A stretch of 64,000 bases of DNA from Candidatus Omnitrophota bacterium. GTDB taxonomy: Bacteria > Omnitrophota > Gorgyraeia > Duberdicusellales > 4484-171. Under the pieces are notes generated by a model that was not told where the DNA came from, ran no database searches, and saw only the letters and a program-made list of their open reading frames with translations. Of this stretch, positions 58,923 through 64,000 are shown one piece after another; the first letter of the stretch is position 1, and each line of letters begins with the position of its first letter. The stretch is from NCBI GenBank assembly GCA_028703535.1, contig JAQVMQ010000001.1, positions 8,818 through 72,817 on the forward strand. The letters are read 5' to 3'. Both the position numbers and the translations under genes were made by a program.

Positions 58923-59768
58923 TTACTTTCGTTTCGTTACTCGTCTTTGAACAATATATTTATTACTGCGCTTACCAGGCTTTCTGGTCTTAGCTCCCTT
59001 AGTCGGTTTACCCCACGGAGTAACCGGATGAGGATTACCCTGTCCTGCACGTCCTTCACCTCCGCCATGCGGGTGATCGACCGGATTCATGGCAACACCA
59101 CGGACTTTCGGTTTAAAGCCCAGCCATCTTGTACGTCCGGCTTTACCTTTAACAAATGATTTATGCTCAATAAGCCCAACCTGTCCAATAGTAGCACGGC
59201 ATTCTAGTTTAACTAACCGTATTTCACCACTCGGCATTTTCAGCTGCGCCATACTGCCTTCTTTTGCCATAAGCTGAACACTACTGCCGGCCGTACGCGC
59301 CATAACAGCACCCTTGCCGGGAACAAGTTCAACGTTATGCACAACAGTACCCAACGGGACATATTTCAATTTCATACTATTGCCCGGACGAATATCTACC
59401 TGTTCATCAGCCGCACTTACAACTATATCACCTACTTTAAGGTTATCCGGCCATATTATATAACGTTTTTCATTGTCTTCATACTGCACAAGACTGATAC
59501 GCGCCGACCTGTTCGGGTCATATTCGACAGTCAAGACATTAGCAGGCATATCATACTTATCACGTTTAAAATCGATTATACGATACCTGCGTTTATGCCC
59601 GCCTCCACGATGACGCATAGTAATACGTCCTGTATTATTACGTCCACCTTTCTTGCGAAGCGCTACTGTCAACGATTTTTCAGGCTTATCCACAGTCAAC
59701 TCGGCAAAATCCGAGATTGCCTTGAATCTGCTTGTCGGTGTTATTGGTTTATACTTTTTTATACCCAT
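58923..59768 (-). CDS. rplB: 50S ribosomal protein L2
   Basis: [19 protein letters not shown]...[14 protein letters not shown]. Confidence 0.97.
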   Translation of the reverse strand: MGIKKYKPITPTSRFKAISDFAELTVDKPEKSLTVALRKKGGRNNTGRITMRHRGGGHKRRYRIIDFKRDKYDMPANVLTVEYDPNRSARISLVQYEDNEKRYIIWPDNLKVGDIVVSAADEQVDIRPGNSMKLKYVPLGTVVHNVELVPGKGAVMARTAGSSVQLMAKEGSMAQLKMPSGEIRLVKLECRATIGQVGLIEHKSFVKGKAGRTRWLGFKPKVRGVAMNPVDHPHGGGEGRAGQGNPHPVTPWGKPTKGAKTRKPGKRSNKYIVQRRVTKRK

Positions 59769-59780
59769 AATTTGTCCTTA

Positions 59781-60062
59781 TTAAGCCAGCTTAATATCAA
59801 AGCCTTCTTTTAACGTTACTACTGCTTTCTTACGATCAACGGTTTTACCCAAACGAGTTCTTACTCTCTTCATCTTACCTTTAACGATCTCAGTAGCGAC
59901 CTTATCTACCTTAACCTTATATATCTTTTCAACCGCACGCTTAATCTCTACTTTATTAGCGGTAATATCAACCAAAAAAGTATACTGTCTATACGGCAAA
60001 ACTCTGCTTGATTTCTCAGTTATAAGCGCACTTTTTAAAACTGAATAAATACTCTTGTTCAT
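59781..60062 (-). CDS. rplW: 50S ribosomal protein L23
   Basis: ITEKS...FLVDITANKVEIKRAVEKIYKVKV. Confidence 0.95.
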   Translation of the reverse strand: MNKSIYSVLKSALITEKSSRVLPYRQYTFLVDITANKVEIKRAVEKIYKVKVDKVATEIVKGKMKRVRTRLGKTVDRKKAVVTLKEGFDIKLA

Positions 60063-60697
60063 GAAAGACCCTTAGTTATTCGCGCTTGAATATTTTCCAA
60101 CGCGTCTTTGGTTACTATAAGTTTTTTACAATCCAGCACCGTATAAGTTGTTAAGCTCTGCGCTATCTCCATATCAACTTTTTTAATATTACGCGAAGAC
60201 AGTTTAACATTATCTTCACACTGCAAAACAACAAACCGTACACGCTGACCGTCAAGTTTTAAAGTTTTTAATATCGCCGCAAAATCTTTTGTCTTAGGGG
60301 AATCGAATTCTATTTTATCAAGCACGATTATCTCATCGTCGTTAAGCTTTGCGTTAAGCGCGCTTTTGAAAGCTTTTAGTTTCATTTTTTTCGGAAGATC
60401 TTTATGAAAAGAATGCGGCACCGGACCAAAAAGTGTTGCGCCATGACGCCATAACGGAGATCTGCTGGATCCGACACGCGCACGGCCTGTACCTTTTTGA
60501 CGCCAAGGCTTTTTACCGCCGCCACTGACTAACCCGCGCGTTTTCGTCATCGCAAGTCCTTTACGCTGATTAGCTCTATAGGCAACAACCGCCTGATGCA
60601 TTATTGACCCGTTAACTTCACCGTCAAAAACTTTAGGATCCAATCCTATTTTTTCAACTTCCTTGCCTTTAGTATTAATTACAGATATTTCTTTCAT
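60059..60697 (-). CDS. rplD: 50S ribosomal protein L4
   Basis: ATG at 60695-60697 forms an ATGA overlap with the rplC stop. MKEISVINTKG...GGGKKPWRQKGTGRAR. The track ORF start (60724) lies inside rplC. Confidence 0.95.
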   Translation of the reverse strand: MKEISVINTKGKEVEKIGLDPKVFDGEVNGSIMHQAVVAYRANQRKGLAMTKTRGLVSGGGKKPWRQKGTGRARVGSSRSPLWRHGATLFGPVPHSFHKDLPKKMKLKAFKSALNAKLNDDEIIVLDKIEFDSPKTKDFAAILKTLKLDGQRVRFVVLQCEDNVKLSSRNIKKVDMEIAQSLTTYTVLDCKKLIVTKDALENIQARITKGLS

Positions 60698-61443
60698 GAC
60701 ATTTTCTTGATTTTTACAACACATCCGTTGTGTCCGGGTATACTGCCCTTAATTATTATCACATTATTTTCCGTATCAACAGTTAAAACCTGTAGTTTCT
60801 TTGCAATACGGTATACATTACCCATATGACCGGGCATATGTAACCCTTTCATAATCTTTGACGGATCAGCACACTGACCTGCGGCACCTATACGTCTATG
60901 CGTAGTAGATCCATGTCCACCCGGCTGACCGGCCCATCCGTGACGTTTCATACCACCGGCAAAGCCGCGGCCTTTAGTCTTAGCCCGAACATCAACAATA
61001 TCACCTTCTTTGAACAGTTCAACACCGATATATCTCAAATCATCTTTAACTGCGGTCTGTTCCTGTGCATTTACTTCTACTGCTTCCTGTCCTTCTGCAG
61101 ATACTTTATCTGCCTGTTCGGAAACCTTGTCATTTTTAATATCAGCCGTAGTTTTATTTAAGAACGAAAAATCTGTAGCATCATCAATTTCAACTTCTCT
61201 TATAACTTTATACGGGCTAACACCTAATTTATCAAAATATCCTTTTTGTGGTTTTGCCACCTTCGACACACGCGCGTCCATAACCTTAAAACAACCGATA
61301 CGCGCACGGATCTTGCTCGGATATTCTACTTTCTCTAATATACATGCAGGCTCGATTTCAATAACAGTAACACCGTGAATATCTCCGTTATCATCGAATA
61401 CCTGTGTCATACCAATTTTTTTGCCCAATATTTCTCTTATCAT
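60694..61443 (-). CDS. rplC: 50S ribosomal protein L3 with ~40-aa acidic internal insertion
   Basis: ILGKKIGMTQVF...GRGFAGGMKRHGW. Insertion: ...NKTTADIKNDKVSEQADKVSAEGQEAVEVNAQEQTAVKDD... Confidence 0.95.
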   Translation of the reverse strand: MIREILGKKIGMTQVFDDNGDIHGVTVIEIEPACILEKVEYPSKIRARIGCFKVMDARVSKVAKPQKGYFDKLGVSPYKVIREVEIDDATDFSFLNKTTADIKNDKVSEQADKVSAEGQEAVEVNAQEQTAVKDDLRYIGVELFKEGDIVDVRAKTKGRGFAGGMKRHGWAGQPGGHGSTTHRRIGAAGQCADPSKIMKGLHMPGHMGNVYRIAKKLQVLTVDTENNVIIIKGSIPGHNGCVVKIKKMS

Positions 61444-61471
61444 TTTTCGTATACCTTAAATTTTATCTATT

Positions 61472-61780
61472 TTATACTTCTTGAGTTATAACAACATTAA
61501 CACCGGCCGGTAAATTCAATTTCTTTAGAGCATCTATCGTTTTCGAAGTAGGATTAGCAAGATCTAAAATACGCTTATGGACAGCCGACATGAACTGCTC
61601 ACGTGCTTTTTTATTAACATGCGTCGCCCGGTTAACCGTATATATCCGTTTCTTGGTAGGTAACGGAATGGGTCCATTAACCGTCGCGCCTGTTCTGACC
61701 GCAACTTCCACAATCTCCTGAGTAGACTGATCCAAAACTCTGTGATCAAACGCTTTCAATTTTATTCTTATCTTTAACAT
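61472..61780 (-). CDS. rpsJ: 30S ribosomal protein S10
   Basis: [16 protein letters not shown]... Confidence 0.97.
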   Translation of the reverse strand: MLKIRIKLKAFDHRVLDQSTQEIVEVAVRTGATVNGPIPLPTKKRIYTVNRATHVNKKAREQFMSAVHKRILDLANPTSKTIDALKKLNLPAGVNVVITQEV

Positions 61781-61789
61781 AATTCTCTC

Positions 61790-61824
61790 ATAAAAGCATC
61801 ACACCCGCCCGAAGGCAGGTGTGA
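61790..61824 (-). terminator. Hairpin/attenuator between tuf and rpsJ (UUCG-loop stem followed by a U-rich tract)
   Basis: Minus strand: TCACACCTGCC-TTCG-GGCGGGTGTGA then TGCTTTTAT. 11-bp stem with one G:U pair. Confidence 0.55.
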
Positions 61825-61838
61825 CAATTTTTTATTTT

Positions 61839-63047
61839 TTATTCAACGATCTCAGTTACAACACCAGCCCCAACTGTCCTGCCGCCTTCGCGTATCGCAA
61901 AACGTAATTCTTTTTCAATCGCAACCGGCTGGATAAGCTCAACATCCATTTTAACATTATCACCCGGCATAACCATCTCAACCCCTTCAGGAAGCTTACA
62001 AGTTCCAGTAACATCCGTTGTTCTGAAATAGAACTGAGGACGATATCCGCCAAAAAACGGAGTATGCCTTCCGCCTTCTTCTTTCTTTAACGCATAAACC
62101 TGCACTTTAAATTTCTTATGAGGTTTAATTGACCCCATCTTAGCACATACCATACCTCTTTCAACATCTTTCTTTTCTATACCACGCAAAAGCAATCCGA
62201 CATTATCACCGGCCTGCCCTTCATCTAATAATTTACGGAACATTTCAACACCGGTAACAACACTTTTCTGAGTTGCCTCGTGTATACCAATAATCTCAAT
62301 TTCCTCACCTGTCTTAACAACACCTCGCTCAATTCTTCCTGTCACAACTGTACCGCGACCGGAAATTGAGAATACATCTTCAACCGCCATTAAAAACGGT
62401 TTATCAATATCACGTTTCGGTGCAGTAATATAATCGTCTACAGCTTGCATAAGCTTGAATATTGAATCACAATCCGGATTACCGTCAACAGTTCCTGCAT
62501 TAGCAGCTTCCAACGCCTTCAAAGCGGAACCTCTTACTATCGGTATATCTTTACCAGGAAATTCATATTTTGTTAATAGATCACGAACTTCTTCTTCTAC
62601 CAAATCAACAAGTTCAGGATCATCCATCTGATCAACTTTATTAATAAACACAACAATAGCAGGAACGTTGACCTGGTGAGCTAAAAGAATGTGTTCGCGT
62701 GTCTGAGGCATAGGCCCGTCAGTTGCCGCTACAACCAATATCGCACCGTCCATTTGCGCAGCACCTGTAATCATATTCTTGACATAATCCGCGTGACCTG
62801 GACAATCAATATGCGCATAGTGCCTTGTCTCAGTTTGATACTCAACGTGCGATATATTTATAGTAACACCTCTCTCTCTTTCTTCAGGTGCTTTATCAAT
62901 ATCTTCAAATTTTAACGGATCAGCAAAACCTTTAGAAGCTAATACCTGCGTAATAGCCGCTGTCAAAGTGGTCTTACCATGATCTACGTGTCCTATAGTT
63001 CCAATGTTGAGATGGGGCTTATTTCTGACAAACTTTTCTTTTCCCAT
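61839..63047 (-). CDS. tuf: Elongation factor Tu
   Basis: [27 protein letters not shown]; GGAGG SD. Confidence 0.98.
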   Translation of the reverse strand: MGKEKFVRNKPHLNIGTIGHVDHGKTTLTAAITQVLASKGFADPLKFEDIDKAPEERERGVTINISHVEYQTETRHYAHIDCPGHADYVKNMITGAAQMDGAILVVAATDGPMPQTREHILLAHQVNVPAIVVFINKVDQMDDPELVDLVEEEVRDLLTKYEFPGKDIPIVRGSALKALEAANAGTVDGNPDCDSIFKLMQAVDDYITAPKRDIDKPFLMAVEDVFSISGRGTVVTGRIERGVVKTGEEIEIIGIHEATQKSVVTGVEMFRKLLDEGQAGDNVGLLLRGIEKKDVERGMVCAKMGSIKPHKKFKVQVYALKKEEGGRHTPFFGGYRPQFYFRTTDVTGTCKLPEGVEMVMPGDNVKMDVELIQPVAIEKELRFAIREGGRTVGAGVVTEIVE

Positions 63048-63095
63048 AAAATACCTCCTGTTTAAAACCCTTTTTTAATTAATTTGTTATATTTA

Positions 63096-64000
63096 TCAAT
63101 ACAACCCTAATACTTTAGATACTAAATTATCAGGTACTTTCTCATAATACGAAGGCTCTATTGTATACGAAGCACGTCCTTGTGTCAAGTTTCTTAATAC
63201 ATCCGCATAACTAAAGACCTCAGCCAACGGCACTTCCGCCTTGATAATCCTAAGGTTTTTCTGTTCCGTGACAGATAAAATTTTTGTTCTTTTTGAGTTT
63301 AAATCTCCTATCACCTGACTTAAATACTCTGTAGGAACAATTACTTCAAGTAACATTATCGGTTCAAGCAATGTCGGATTGCCTCTCCTGAGTCCATCTT
63401 TAACAGCCATCTCGGCCGCGACTTTAAAACTTAACTCAGAAGAATCCGTATCCTGATATGAACCATCTATCAAAGTAGCTTTTATATCCACAACGGGATA
63501 TCCGCCAAGCACACCGCTTTCCAAAGCTTCCAATACACCTTCTTTCACCGAAGGTATAAACTCTTTAGGTATAACTCCGCCTTTGATCTTATTATCAAAG
63601 ACTATGCCTGTACCTTTATCCTGCGGTTCCATTATAAGTACAACATGACCATATTGCCCGTTACCGCCAGTCTGCTGAATAAACTTCCCGCTGGATTCCA
63701 ACTGTCTGGTTATAGTTTCTTTGTACGCCACCTGCGGTTTGCCTATTTTAGCCGCAACATTAAAATCACGTAATAACCTATCCACCATAACTTCAAGATG
63801 CAGTTGTCCCATCCCCGAGATCACATTCTGTCCGGTCTCTTTGTTATACATAACTTTAAACGATGGATCCTCATCACCGAGCTTATTCAAACCGTCAAAG
63901 AGCTTTTCCTGATCAGCTGTCGTTCTCGGCTCAATAGCGACCGAGACTACCGGCTCAGGAAATTTTATTTCTTCTAATACCATCTGCGCACTCATATCGC
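63096..64000 (-). CDS. fusA: EF-G, str-operon copy, C-terminal ~301 codons; the gene starts beyond the right window edge
   Basis: Domains III-V: FPEPVVSVAIEP, GMGQLHLEV, GGNGQYGH, GSYQDTDSSE, QGRASYT. Position immediately upstream of tuf. The reading frame stays open to nt 64000. Confidence 0.9.
   Translation of the reverse strand, partial: DMSAQMVLEEIKFPEPVVSVAIEPRTTADQEKLFDGLNKLGDEDPSFKVMYNKETGQNVISGMGQLHLEVMVDRLLRDFNVAAKIGKPQVAYKETITRQLESSGKFIQQTGGNGQYGHVVLIMEPQDKGTGIVFDNKIKGGVIPKEFIPSVKEGVLEALESGVLGGYPVVDIKATLIDGSYQDTDSSELSFKVAAEMAVKDGLRRGNPTLLEPIMLLEVIVPTEYLSQVIGDLNSKRTKILSVTEQKNLRIIKAEVPLAEVFSYADVLRNLTQGRASYTIEPSYYEKVPDNLVSKVLGLY

Noticed and set aside
61799-61824. The tuf-rpsJ hairpin as a plus-strand terminator (it is followed on plus by TTTTTTATTTTTT)
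   Set aside because: No plus-strand gene ends here. The T-run is more simply the A-rich spacer after the tuf stop on the minus strand. The hairpin is annotated as a minus-strand attenuator or terminator at moderate confidence.
1-64000. Mobile genetic element, defence island, CRISPR array, tRNA or rRNA genes
   Set aside because: I saw no transposase, integrase, recombinase, Cas or restriction-enzyme motifs, no regularly spaced long direct repeats, and no tRNA or rRNA signatures in any intergenic region. The gene content is core housekeeping.

Overview
AT-rich bacterial chromosomal segment, tightly packed, with almost every gene after ~15.6 kb on the minus strand. I found no rRNA, tRNA, CRISPR array, transposase or integrase. 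The right third (46.7-64 kb, minus strand) is one continuous str/S10/spc/alpha ribosomal super-operon: fusA(partial)-tuf-rpsJ-rplCDWB-rpsS-rplV-rpsC-rplP-rpmC-rpsQ-rplNXE-rpsN-rpsH-rplFR-rpsE-rplO-secY-adk-map-infA-rpmJ-rpsMKD-rpoA-rplQ. It has no L30 gene and runs straight into an aminotransferase, a degenerate aconitase-fold gene and pilT. The middle holds central metabolism and housekeeping: citrate synthase, aconitase, isocitrate and malate dehydrogenases, Lpd-like and GlcD-like flavoenzymes, pyrE, a Na/Pi transporter with PhoU, ahcY and cmoA/cmoB. The left part holds mutS-mutL, many proteases (M48 x2, S1, M16, M50, CPBP, SprT-like) and several long coiled-coil proteins. Most unusual items: (1) a 1036-aa ORF in which a complete EF-G is fused in frame behind an N-terminal TM helix, a long coiled coil and an acidic linker. 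It is one of three EF-G family genes in the window and is followed by an orphan PIN gene. (2) A self-contained cassette of two tandem paralogous 77-aa Cys-containing peptide genes with a conserved N-terminal half, divergent locally GC-rich C-terminal half and three positionally conserved Cys, directly upstream of a GT4 glycosyltransferase with an extra C-terminal domain. (3) Two intergenic repeat families: a ~50-nt double-hairpin element in three copies, each abutting a minus-strand stop codon, and degenerate 7-nt-periodic RGCTAAN/TAAGCNN arrays at many gene boundaries. All functional calls rest on motif recognition by eye and on gene order; no database search was run.
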